This document shows positions 1-11,949 of a stretch of DNA of 64,000 nt, piece after piece. Source of the stretch: Macrostomum lignano. Lineage: Eukaryota. Both the position numbers and the translations under genes were made by a program. Under the pieces are notes generated by a model, which worked only from the letters and a program-made list of their open reading frames with translations, ran no database searches and had not been told where the DNA came from. The stretch's first letter is position 1; each line of letters begins with the position of its first letter. The stretch is from NCBI GenBank assembly GCA_002269645.1, contig NIVC01000017.1, positions 1-64,000 on the forward strand, written 5' to 3'.

Positions 1-1805
1 ACAACCTAGATCAAGATCCCGAATCCATAGATCAAGATTCCGAATCAATAGGTCAAGATCCCACAATCATAATATCAAGATCCCGAATCAAATAGATCAA
101 GATCTCAAATCCTTAGATCAAGATCTTAACACTAGATTAAGAATCTTAACACCTAGATCAAGATCCCGATCAATAGATCAAGATCCCGAATCAATAGATC
201 AAGATTCCGAATCAATAGATCAAGATCCCGAATCAATAATCAAGATCCCGAATCAATAGATCAAGATCTCCAATCCCTAGATCAAGATCCCAATCCCTAG
301 ATCAAGATGTATAACCCCTAGATCAAGATCTCCAATCCCTAGATCAAGATCCCAATCCCTAGATCAAGATCCCGAATCCCTAGATCAAGATCCTAATCCC
401 TAGATCAAGATCTCTAAACCTAGATCAAAGATCCCAAATCCGTAGATCAAGATCTCTAACTCCTAGGACCTAGATCAAGATCCCGAATCAATAGATCAAG
501 ATCTCGAATCAATAGATCAAGATCTCCAATCCCTAGATCAAGATCCCAACCCCTAGATCAAGATCTCAAATCCTTAGATCAAGATCTTAACACCTAGATT
601 AAGATCTTAACACCTAGATCAAGATCCCGAATCAATAGATCAAGATTCCGAATCAATAGATCAAGATCCCGAATCAATAAATCAAGATCCCGAATCAATA
701 GATCAAGATCTCAAATCCTTAGATCAAGATCTTAACACCTAGATTAAGATCTTAACACCTAGATCAAGATCCCGAATCAATAGATCAAGATTCCGAATCA
801 ATAGATCAAGATTCCGAATCAATAGATCAGATCCCGAATCAATAAATCAAGATCCCGAATCAATAGATCAAGATCTCCAATCCCTAGATCAAGATCCCAA
901 TCCCTAGATCAAGATGTATAACCCCTAGATCAAGATCTCCAATCCCTAGATCAAGATCCCAATCCCTAGATCAAGATCCCGAATCCCTAGATCAAGATCC
1001 TAATCCCTAGATCAAGATCTCTAACCCCTAGATCAAAGATCCCAAATCCGTAGATCAAGATCTCTAACTCCTAGGACCTAGATCAAGATCCCGAATCAAT
1101 AGATCAAGATCTCGAATCAATAGATCAAGATTCCGAATCAATAGATCAAGATCTCGAATCAATAGATCAAGATCTCCAATCCCTAGATCAAGATCCCAAT
1201 CCCTAGATCAAGATGTCTAACCCCTAGATCAAGATCTCAAATCCTTAGATCAAGATCTTAACACCTAGATTAAGATCTTAACACCTAGATCAAGATCCCG
1301 AATCAATAGATCAAGATTCCGAATCAATAGATCAAGATCCCGAATCAATAAATCAAGATCCCGAATCAATAGATCAAGATCTCCAATCCCTAGATCAAGA
1401 TCCCAATCCCTAGATCAAGATCCCGAATCCCTAGATCAAGATCCTAATCCCTAGATCAAGATCTCTAACCCCTAGATCAAAGATCCCAAATCCGTAGATC
1501 AAGATCTCTAACTCCTAGGACCTAGATCAAGATCCCGAATCAATAGATCAAGATCTCGAATCAATAGATCAAGATCTCCAATCCCTAGATCAAGATCCCA
1601 ACCCCTAGATCAAGATCTCAAATCCTTAGATCAAGATCTTAACACCTAGATTAAGATCTTAACACCTAGATCAAGATCCCGAATCAATAGATCAAGATTC
1701 CGAATCAATAGGTCAAGATCCCGAATCAATAAATCAAGATCCCGAATCAATAGATCAAGATCTCCAATCCCTAGATCAAGATCCCGAATCCCTAGATCAA
1801 GATCT
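1..1805. repeat. About 21-bp GATC-rich satellite (GATCAAGATCCCGAATCAATA / GATCAAGATCTCCAATCCCTA) with higher-order blocks, in an SMC2 intron
   Basis: Direct tandem periodicity; the rare variant TCCTAGGACC recurs at 461, 1069 and 1513. Confidence 0.95.
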
Positions 1806-2045
1806 AAGTATTATGGGCTATAAGGTTATAGGTTTGTCATCTCTAACTGTTCAAACCCTACAATCAATCATTACAACCCTAAAACCCACAATCCAAAGTC
1901 TGAAAAGTATTTGACCTCATCGTCATTATTCCTTAATCCTTAAATCATAGTCTTTGATCCCAAATCCTGAGAAATCACAATACCAAATATGTCGCTTTAC
2001 TAACGCATTTCTCTCAATTGAAAAAAATGTTTTATTTTCCTGCAG

Positions 2046-5000
2046 ATTCTCTCTCTACTAGAGGAGGCGGCCGGCACGAAACTCTACGAGACCAAAAAGG
2101 AGCAGGCGCAGAAGACTATTGAGAAGAAGGACTTTAAACTGCGGGAAATTGAATCTGTAAGTTATAATATTGCTCACATTTTTCTAGCTTTGAGAAGCTA
2201 CCAGCTAGCTGTTAATTAAATATTGAGTATCTGATCTTTTTTGAGTATTTTTTGAGAGTGTACAGGCCTGATGATTAGAAAGCCAGGGCCGATGTACACT
2301 CTGTGTGAGCGTGTGCATGAGTGCCGTGCCTGAGTACAGTATTGGCGCGCTGGCATGTGCCCAGGAGTCAACGGAATGTGCAGAATTGCAGTCAGCGCTG
2401 GCTGTGGGACCATGTCACCGAAGGCGGTGCACCATTGTGCCACCGGACACTTAAATTTGTGCTTAATAAGTTCAATCGCCTATATTGCATTGAATTTCTG
2501 TTTATATAATCGCTATATGCCTCTCGCAGTAGTCTATCAGATGCCAATAGCCTTGCCTCTTCTGCCCATCATATGATCCCTCCTCAGCTCCTAGCATCGG
2601 AGATTCTCCCAACTCTGACTAAGCTGCGCAAGGAGCGACACGTGTATCAGGAGTATCAGCAGGTTTGCCGCGAGGTGGAGTTCCTGCAGCACTTCACCGT
2701 GGCCTACAGGTACTACTGCTACGAGCAGACTAAGGAGAAAGCCGATATTGAAGTGGTTGAGGCTCGGGAGAAGACTGCCCTGCTGCAGGTGAGGTTTTTA
2801 TTTGCTCTACTGTCTTAAATTTTTCATACCTGAAATCCGAAGTCTTTTTTAATTATCTTCACTGTGAGAATAGAATTCTTCATTTCTGTTACGGGGCAAT
2901 CTGAAGGTGGTGGGGGGGAACAATCTGAAGGTGGTAGGGGGACAATCTGAAGGTGGTGGGGGGACAATCTGAAGGTGGTGGGACAATCTGAAGGTGGTGG
3001 GGGCAATCTGAAGGTGGTGGGGGGGACAATCTGAAGGTGGTAGGGGGACACTCTGAAGGTGGTGAGGGGGACAATCTGAAGCTGGTGGAGGGGACAATCT
3101 GAAGGTAGTAGGGGGACACTCTGAATGTGGTGAGGGGACAATCTGAAGGTGGTGGGGGGACAATCTGAAGGTGGTGGGGACAATCTGAAGGTGGTGGGGG
3201 CAATCTGAAGGTGGTGGGGGGCAATCTGAAGGTGGTGGGGGGACAATCTGAAGGTGGTGGGGGGGCAATCTGAAGGTGGTGGGGGGACAATCTGAAGGTA
3301 GAGGGGGGCAATCTGAAGGTGGTGGGGGGACAATCTGAAGGTAGAGGGGGGCAATCTGAAGGTGGTGGGGGACAATCTGAAGGTAGTGGGGAAGGGCAAT
3401 CTAAAGGTAATGGGGGGACACTGAAGGTAGAGGGGGAAAAGGTAAAGGTAGTAGGGAACAATCTGATGGTATTCCGAGCTCCCATTTCGCCGGCGCCACC
3501 CGAAGGAGGAGCAGCAGCAGGCCCAGAAGCAGCTGTCGGCCCTGTCAGAGGAAGCCGACCGTCTTTGCCGGGAGCGCGACGAGCAGAGCGGCCGAGGCCT
3601 GGAAGAGCGCGAGGAGCTGCACAAGGCCGCCCTGCAGGAGGAGGCCCTGGCCCAGTCGGCTCTGGTGGCCGCCGCTGACGCCGTGAAAGCCGAAGAGAAA
3701 CGAATGCGCGAACTGGACAAAGCTTTGCTGGCCAGACAGAAAGCCCTTGCCGGCAAGGAGAAAGACTTCGAACGGGTTCGCGACAGTTTCCAAGAATTGG
3801 AGCAGCGAATGGCCGCGGCCGAGGCCGAGATGGCTGCGGCTGAGAAGCACCTGCAGGCTGTCAGCTCCGGCCTGGCCGCTAATGAGGAGGGCGGTGAAGC
3901 CGCCTCGCTTGAGATGCAGCTGTGCAGTGAGTTCACTTACCAGCTAGTGTGGTCTGTTTAGATAGGTAGTTGGGTGCACTGATGTGGGGTAGTTTAGGGG
4001 TGCACTGATGTGGGGTAGTTTAGGGGTGCACTGATGTGGGGTAGTTTAGGGGTGCACTGACAAGGGTAGAGGGGTGCACTGACAAGGGTAGAGGGTGCAC
4101 TGATGAGGGGTAGAGTGGTGCACTGACAAGGGTAGAGGGGTGCACTGACAAAGGTAGAGGGGGGGGCACTGACAAGGGTAGAGGGGTGCACTGACAAAGG
4201 TAGAGGGGGGGCACTGACAAGGGTAGAGGGGTGCACTGCACTGACAAGGGTAGAGGGGTGCACTGCACTGACAAGGGTAGAGGGGTGCACTGATAAGGGG
4301 TAGAGGGGTGCACTGACAAGGGGTAAAGGGGTGCACAGATAAGCGAAAGCCAAGGATTGCAAAGCCACGACACGGTGAATTGAATTTCCTTTCAGCCACT
4401 CGCAACGAGATTAGCGAGGCGGAGAGCCGAATCAAGCGCAGCGAATTGAAGTCGCGCCATCTGCAATCGGAGATCAAAGAGAAAAGATCTCAGCTAGGCC
4501 GAATGCAGAGCTCTGCCAGCACGGAGCAGAAGCAGCTGGATAATTATAAGCGTAGCGTGGCTCACCTTGAGGTAAGCGGCCCGCGTGTTGGTAGCAAGCA
4601 TGAGCCCTGTATGCATTCGCTTCACTTGCTACTTGCTTCACTTCGTTTAGTAGAATAAAGTACAGTGGCTGATTCTAGTAAGCTTCGATCTTAGTTAGTG
4701 CAAGCCTTGATGCCCTGTTTATTTTCCCCGTGGAGGAGGAGAGGGGTGTTTCGATTCATGCTTCTGTCCAATGGGTGACAGAGGGCACTGACGCCCTTGA
4801 CCGGATCTTGCTCGCGTGAGTTGGCTAGAAGCTGCATCTTTTTCAGACCTTATTTAGTCGCAGTTCCTCTTCAGCCTCAACAACAAGTGAGGCAAAACAA
4901 ACAGGATTCGGTCGTATTTTTGCTAGAAGTGCTCAAAAATATTATTCTAGTTTATTGTTTTTAATCTCTGCATTCGCCTCCGTCTAAAGGCCGGGATTAC

Positions 5001-8000
5001 TTCGGGTTTGTTTGCTGATGCAGAAATGTGGTGATAAGATGTGCAGAGATGAAGCGTGAAGACGTGTGGGTAAAAGTACATCAAGTGAAATATCAACGGA
5101 TATAATAGAGAGTCGGTTGAACTTTTAGTCCGAGGACTGGGGGGTCTCCACACAGCCTCAATTACCCTAGTTAATGCTGGCACCCATTTTACAGCTGGCT
5201 GGGTGAACTGAAGCAATGCAGAGCTGAGTGTCTTGCTAAAGGACACAAACTGTTCCGATTCTGAGTCGTGAGTCCGACGCTCTAGGCTACAATCTCCAAT
5301 TTGAATCCTTAACGAGTGGCAGCCTTTCAGTGCGAGAGTGACAGATATTCAAAAAGGGGGATAGACAGTTATTAGTAGTAGTGATATACCGTAGATGCAA
5401 TAACAGAGCAACAGAAAATCAACAGGCGAGTGACAGACAGTCAATAGAAGAGTGACAGACAGTCAATAGAAGAGTGACAGACAGTCAATAAAAGAGTGAC
5501 AGACAGTCAATAGAAGAGTGACAGACATTCAATAGAAGAGTTACAGACAGCCAATAAAAGTGTGACAAAAATTGATAGAAGACTGACAGATACTCGATAG
5601 AAGAGTGACAGGCATTCGGCAGAAGAGTAACAGGCAGCTGTGCATAAAAAGAGTGACAGGCAGTCAATAGAAGAGTGACAGGCATTCAGTAGAAAAGTGA
5701 CAAAATTTATAGATTGACAGGCAGTGCATAGAAGAGTGACAGGCAGTACATAGTAGACTGACAGGCAGTTAATAGAAGAGTGACAGGCAGTGCATAGAAG
5801 AGTGACAGGCAGTACATAGTAGACTGACAGGCAGTTAATAGAAAAGTGACAGGCAGTGCATAGAAGAGTGACAGGCAGTACATAGTAGACTGACAGGCAG
5901 TTAATAGAAGAGTGACAGGCAGTACATAGTAGACTGACAGGCAGTTAATAGAAGAGTGACAGGCAGTTAATAGAAGATGACAGGCAGTACATAGTAGACT
6001 GACAGGCAGTTAATATAAGAGTGACGGATATTCGATAGAAGAGTGACAGGCAGTGTATAGAAGAGTGACAGGCAGTGCATAGAAGAGTGGCAGATATTCG
6101 ATAGAAGAGTGACAGTCAGGCAGGCGGCTAGCCGTCACCGCGGTGACTCGCCCTCCCCCCCCCCGCAGAAGCAGCTGGCCGAGACCGGCTTCGACGAGGC
6201 CGCCGAGCAGCGACTGCTCGAGCGCCAGTCGGCCCTGCAACGCGAGCTGCATGAGACGGGCCGCCATCTGGAGGAATTCCAATCCGCTAATCCCCGGCTG
6301 GGATTCGACTACACGGACCCAGAGCCGCGGTTCGATCGCCGCCGCGTGCTCGGACCCGTATGCCAGCTGCTCGAAGCTGTTGACGAGAAATTCGCCGTGG
6401 CCCTTGAGGTCACCGCCGGCGCCAAGCTGTTCAACGTTGTGGTCGACACCGAGGCCACGGCCAAGCTGCTGCTGCAGCGGGGCCAGCTCAGGCAGAAGAC
6501 AACGTTTATACCGTTGAATAAGATCTCGGCCAGGTGCCTGCCTAAACACCAGGCCGATTTGGCTGTCCAGGTGGCCGGACAAGGCCGAGCTTATCCGGCC
6601 CTGGATCTGGTTAGGCGGGACAAATCCGTTGAGGCCGCCGCTCAGTTTGTGTTCGGCGCCAGCTTTGTGGTGCAGGATGATGAGGCCGGCAGGAAGGTGC
6701 GTTTCCTGGGTTTATGTCTATGGTCTTTTCTCATACTGTTGAGGTTATCTCTGATCCTCTTAGATCGCCATTTAGGTCACCTCTATGACCTCCCAGATCG
6801 TCATTAAGGTCATCTTTACGACCTCCCAGAAAGTCTTTAAGGTCATCTCTATGACCTCCCAGAAAGTCGTTAAGGTCATCTCTATGACCTCCCAGAAGGT
6901 CGTTAAGGTCATCTCTATGACCTCCCAGATCGTCATTAAGGTCATCTCTATGACCTCCCAGATCGTCATTAGGGTCATATGACCTCCCAGATCGTCATTA
7001 GGGTCATCTCTATGACCTCCCAGATCGTCATTAGGGTCATCTCTATGACCTCCCAGATCGTCATTAGGGTCATCTCTATGACCTCCCAGATCGTCATTAG
7101 GGTCATCTCTATGACCTCCCAGATCGTCATTAGGGTCATCTCTATGACCTCCCAGATCGTCATTAGGGTCATCTCTATGACCTCCCAGATCGTCATTAGG
7201 GTCATCTCTATGACCTCCCAGATCGTCATTAGGGTCATCTCTATGACCTCCCAGATCGTCATTAGGGTCATCTCTATGACCTACCAGATCGTCATTAGGG
7301 TCATCTCTATGACCTCCCAGATCGTCATTAGGGTCATCTCTATGAGACTCTCATACAGGGCATCTCTTTGACCCTCCCAGATCCTCATACTGCGCCATCT
7401 AAATGATCTAAAGCCTCAAGGGATCATGGCCATCCTCACCCGCAGGTGGCCTTCCATCGGGACATCCGCCGCCGGGCGGTGACCCTGGAGGGCGAGGTGT
7501 ACAGCCCGAGGGCACTCTCTCCGGCGGTTTTCGCGGCAGCCGCGAGCCGACGCTGCTGAAAGCCGCCAAGCTGCGCCAGCTGCGGGAGCGCGCCGAGGCG
7601 ACGCGGCGACAGCTGGCCGAAGTGGCCGAATCGGTCAGGCAGGCGGAGGCCTCGGCCGGCCGCTACCAGCAGCTGCGGCAGGACTTGGACCAGAAGCGGC
7701 ACGAGCTGGCTCTGCTGGAGCAGCGAATTGGCAACACGGATCACCAGCAGCTGGCCAAGCACCTGGAGGAGCTGCAGGCTGAGCTGGACAGCGAGCAGAC
7801 TGCAGCAGCCGAGGCCAACGCCGCCTTGAAGCGGCTGCGCGAACGGGAGGCCAGTCTGGCCGAGCAGGTCAAGGATGCCGCCGCTGTGCAGGAGCGAGAG
7901 ATGAAGGCGGCGCAGGTGAGAATGCTAGTCTAGCCAATAGGAGATGAAAAAAGGAATCTCAAAGATGATGATGAAGAAAGAGAATGGGCTGCTAATCTAG

Positions 8001-8674
8001 CCCACATCAGTGATAGAATAGAATGGATTGCTAATCTAGCCTACATTAATGATGAAGGAATAGAATGGATTGCTAATCTAGCCTACATCAATAAATGAGG
8101 GAATAGAATGGATTGCTAATCTAGCCTACATCAATGATGAAAGAATAGAATGGATTGCTAATCTAGCCTACATCAATGATGAAAGAATAGAATGGATTGC
8201 TAATCTATCCTAAATCAATGATGAAAGAATGGAATGGATTGCTAATCTATCCTAAATCAATGATGAAAGAATAGAATGGATTGCTATCTAGCCTACATCA
8301 ATGATGAAGGAATAGAATGGGTTGCTAATCTAGCCTACATCAATGATGAAGGAATACAATGGATTGTTAATCTAACAATCAAGCTCTACGTGGGCTCTAC
8401 TCCCATTATTTGCATCGGGACTTGAATTCAAAGTGGTTCAATTTGAACCCCAATCGCCCCCCTCCAGGCTCGCATAGCCAAGGCCCAACACGAACGGGAG
8501 GCGCGACGAGCCGATGTGGAAAACTGGCAGCCGCAGCACGACACCCTGCAGCTGGAGATCGAGGAGTTGCGCAAGGAGGCCGCCAGCCTCGAAGAGCAAA
8601 TCGCCGCCGCCAAGGAGTCCGTCGAGGCCCGCTCTGGAGAGGTTCAGGAGAAGCGGGTGAGTCGCTTGCTAGTG

Positions 8675-8747
<73 letters not shown>

Positions 8748-8844
8748 TTCCGTCTGTCTGTCTGTCTGTCTGTCTTTCCGTCTGTCTGTCTGTCTGTCTG
8801 TCTGCCTGCCTGCCTGCCTGCCTGTGTCTGTCTGTCTGTCTGCC

Positions 8845-8880
<36 letters not shown>

Positions 8881-11629
8881 CGCTATCTATTTATTTTGTG
8901 CAGTGTATTGTCCTGCCATACTCGTCTGATCTATCGAAGCTTAAGCGCTTTGAGTACTCCGGAAGCTCTCTAATCTCTCTAATTAACTCTATAACAACCC
9001 CTGGATCCCCAGGCCGAGGCGGAGGCGCTCAAGCAGGCCCTGGATGAGGCAAAGCGGCAGCTGGAAGAGAAACGGGCCGAGATCAAGGCCCGCAATCAGG
9101 CTATCCGGGATCTGGAGGAGCAGGCGAAGGCGCTGCAGTCGGAGGTCAGCCAGCGAGAGCTGCGGCTGGCCAACCTGCAGCACCAGCTGGCCGACCAGGC
9201 CAAGGAGGCAGCGGATGCGCAGCACAAAGTCAACGAGCTGCTCGCCTCTCACCCGTGGATCGAGTCGGAGAAGCGGCACTTTAATCAGCCCGGCGGTCAT
9301 TTCGACTTCCAGGTGAGACCGATCGACAAGTGCATGGATTCACGGGCCTTCAAATCCTAGTCTCCGCATATCTCCATATCCCAGATTCTTCCCAATCTTT
9401 AAATCCCGAATTCTTCCCAATCTTTAATCCCAGATTCTTTCCTATCTTCAAATCCCAGATTCTTCCCGATCTTCAAATCCCAGATTCTTCCCGATCTTCA
9501 AATCCCAGATTCTTCCCGATCTTTAATCCCAGATTCTTCCCAATCTTTAATCCCGAATTCTTCCCAATCTTCTTAACCATGAATCTTCCCAATCTTTAAA
9601 TCCCAGATTCTTCCCAATCTTCAAATCCCAGATTCTTCCCGATCTTCAAATCCCAGATTCTTCCCGATCTTTAATCCCAGATTCTTCCCAATCTTTAATC
9701 CCGAATTCTTCCCAATCTTCTTAACCATGAATCTTCCCAATCTTTAATCCCTGATTCTTCATAATTGGCAGATTCAGATAGTTACCAGGGTAAGTGCCGG
9801 ATTGCCGGTTCAGATGGTAGCCTCAGGTGACAAGTTAAACTACTTCAGGATCAGATGGCAGATTCGGCTACTTCAGGATCAGATGGCAGATTTTGCTACT
9901 TCAGGGTCAGATGGCAGATTCGGCTACTTCAGGATCAGATGGCAGATTTTGCTACTTCAGGGTCAGATGGCAGATTCGGCTACTTCAGGGTCAGATGGCA
10001 GATTCTGCTACTAAAGCCCCGCTATTTCCCCAACCGCACCCATCGCAGGGCAACAATCCCAAGGAGCAGCGAGCCCGGCTAACCAAGCTGGAGGAACGCA
10101 AGGAGCGATTGGGCAAGTCTGTGAACATGCGAGCCATGAACATGCTGACCACTGCCGAGCAGCAATACGCTGATCTGGTTGGCAAGCGGGACATTGTGCT
10201 GACTGACAAGGCCAAGATACAGGGCATTATTGACGAGCTGGACAAGAAGAAAAATGAAGCTCTGATGACTGCTTACAAAAAGGTTTGAGTCGCTTTCTAT
10301 TTTATTACATACCCATCCGAACTCCCCATTTTATCCCCATCTCCACCCCATATCCTCAGTGTATCCTCATATTCATCCTAGCTCCCCATTTTATCCCCAT
10401 CCCCGTCCCAGCTTCCCATTTTATCCTCATTCCCGTCCCAGCTTCCCATTTTATCCCCATTCCCGTCCCAGCTTCCCATTTTATCCCCATTCCCGTCCCA
10501 GCTTCCCATTTTATCCCCATTCCCGTCCCAGCTTCCCATTTTATCCCCATCCCCGTCCCAGCTTCCCATTTTATCCCCATCCCCGTCCCAGCTTCCCATT
10601 TTATCCCCATCCCCGCCCCAGCTTCCCATTTTATCCTCATTCCCGCCCCAGCTTCCCATTTTATCCTCATTCCCGTCCCAGCTTCCCATTTTATCCCATC
10701 CCCGTCCCAGCTTCCCATTTTATTCTCATTCCCGTCCCAGCTTCCCATTTTATCCTCATCCCCGCTCCAGCTCTCCATTTTATCCCCATCCCCGCCCCAG
10801 CTCCCCATTTTATCCTCATATCCATCTTAGCCCCGCATTACGAGTATACGTATTACGTATTACGTATTACGTATTACGTATCCCCATCGCCGTCCAGCTC
10901 CCCATTTTATCCTCATCCCCGCCCCAGCTCTCCATCTTATCCCCATCCCCGCCCCAGCTTCCTATTTTATCCCCATCCCCGTCCCAGCTTCCCATTTTAT
11001 CCTCATTCCCGTATCAGCTTCCCAATTTATCCCCATCCCCGCCCCAGCTCCTCATTTTATCCTCATTCCCGTCCCAGCTTCCCATTTTATCCCCATCCCC
11101 GCCCCAGCTCCTCATTTTATCCTCATATCCATCCCAGCTCCCCATTCATCCCCAACTCCATCCCAGCTCTCCAGCTGTTGAACGCCAGCCAATTCATGCA
11201 CTGCCGCAGGTGAACGCAGACTTCGGCAAGCTGTTCTCCACCATGCTGCCAGGCGCCAACGCCAAGCTGGTGCCCTCCGCGGGCCGGTCGGTGCTGGAGG
11301 GCATCGAGTTTCGCATCGGGTTCGGCCAGCAGTGGAAGGAGTCGCTAAGCGAGCTGAGCGGCGGCCAGCGCTCCCTGGTGGCCCTGTCGCTCATCCTGGC
11401 CCTGCTGCTGTTCAAGCCGGCGCCAATTTACATCCTTGACGAAGTCGACGCCGCCCTTGACCTGAGCCACACCCAGAACATTGGCCAGCTGATTAAGGAG
11501 AACTTCGGCCAGTCTCAGTTTATTGTAGTCTCGCTCAAGGACGGCATGTTCAACAATGCCAACGTGCTGTTCAAGACTAAGCTGGTGGATGGGGTGTCCA
11601 CGGTCACCAGGCACACCAGGGACAAGTGA
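2046..11629 (+). CDS. SMC2: Structural maintenance of chromosomes protein 2 (condensin subunit), 5'-partial, 10 exons in window, apparent -1 frameshift at about 7506
   Basis: Exons 2046-2156, 2588-2788, 3506-3926, 4396-4571, 6169-6696, 7446-7915, 8468-8656, 9013-9312, 10049-10282, 11210-11629, all GT-AG and phase-consistent. Translation is colinear with SMC2: [15 protein letters not shown], hinge [34 protein letters not shown], signature [13 protein letters not shown], Walker B/D-loop [20 protein letters not shown]. The Walker A exon(s) lie upstream of the window. The 3506 acceptor is weak (AAG) and was chosen because it keeps the protein colinear. Confidence 0.97.
2255..2445 (+). mobile_element. 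SINE family 1, 5'-truncated copy
   Basis: Shares GTGTACA(G/T)GCCTGA(T/C)GATTAGAAAG and CAGGAGTCAACGGAATGTGCAGAATTGC...AGCGCTGGCTGTGGGACCATGTC with the copies at 42110-42410 and 21800-21965. Confidence 0.8.
2894..3470. repeat. About 22-bp G-rich minisatellite (GGGGGACAATCTGAAGGTGGTG), SMC2 intron
   Basis: Tandem periodicity with variable G-run length. Confidence 0.95.
3970..4336. repeat. 22-23-bp minisatellite (GGGTGCACTGACAAGGGTAGAG), SMC2 intron
   Basis: Tandem periodicity. Confidence 0.95.
5140..5296 (-). mobile_element. SINE family 2 (tRNA head plus CORE-like domain), copy with the B box deleted
   Basis: Reverse complement reads GAGATTGTAGCCTAGAGCGTCGGACTCACGACT...GGAACAGTTTGTGTCCTTTAGCAAGACACTCAGCTCTGCATTGCTTCAGTTCACCCAGCCAGCTGTAAAATGGG and matches the copy at 47651-47880. 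Confidence 0.75.
5420..6115. repeat. 22-bp minisatellite (GACAGGCAGTCAATAGAAGAGT), SMC2 intron
   Basis: Tandem periodicity. Confidence 0.93.
6765..7345. repeat. 33-bp minisatellite (GTCATCTCTATGACCTCCCAGATCGTCATTAGG), SMC2 intron
   Basis: Near-perfect tandem copies. Confidence 0.97.
7985..8380 (+). repeat. 42-bp dispersed satellite family A (AATAGAATGGATTGCTAATCTAGCCTACATCAATGATGAAGG), SMC2 intron
   Basis: The same unit forms four other arrays in the window. Confidence 0.95.
8673..8880. repeat. (TCTG)n microsatellite, SMC2 intron
   Basis: Direct. Confidence 0.98.
9375..10010. repeat. Two adjacent minisatellites in one SMC2 intron: 24-25 bp (CTTCCCGATCTTCAAATCCCAGATT, 9375-9760) and 28 bp (TTCAGGATCAGATGGCAGATTCGGCTAC, 9835-10010)
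   Basis: Tandem periodicity. Confidence 0.93.
10320..11170. repeat. 30-bp C-rich minisatellite (CCCAGCTTCCCATTTTATCCCCATTCCCGT) interrupted by (TATTACG)n at 10849-10881, last SMC2 intron
   Basis: Tandem periodicity. Confidence 0.95.
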
Positions 11630-11931
11630 AGCGGTTTTAAAGCTGTCAAAATCACTCAAGTTTGCGCGAATATTTTTTATAATTATACATTTAGTTATTC
11701 AATTTTATGCTTTTATAGGCTTGCATATTTATCTCATTTGTCCCTGTACTGTTGTTGCATCTCTATTGCATTGCATTTTATTTTTCTACGCCTAGGCATA
11801 AGGCATTTCCAACTTGTATTATCCAATCTAATTAGACCTTTTTGGGATTTTCAATTCTTAATCCTAAAACTGTAGCTCGGGATCTGCTATTTCCTTACTA
11901 TGAGCTGCATAATCTGCTTCTAGTTTCTGCC

Positions 11932-11937
11932 AATAAA
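11932..11937 (+). promoter_or_regulatory. Candidate polyadenylation signal AATAAA for SMC2
   Basis: AATAAA about 300 nt after the stop codon and just before a satellite array; not verified by transcript data. Confidence 0.45.
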
Positions 11938-11949
11938 ATGCTAGCGGTT

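Noticed and set aside
2824-3936. 370-aa minus-strand ORF
   Set aside because: Antisense shadow of SMC2 exon 3 fused to the intronic minisatellite.
10849-10881. Tandem TTACGTAT motifs resembling D-boxes in an SMC2 intron
   Set aside because: A simple 7-bp repeat inside a minisatellite, an imperfect match, with no promoter context.
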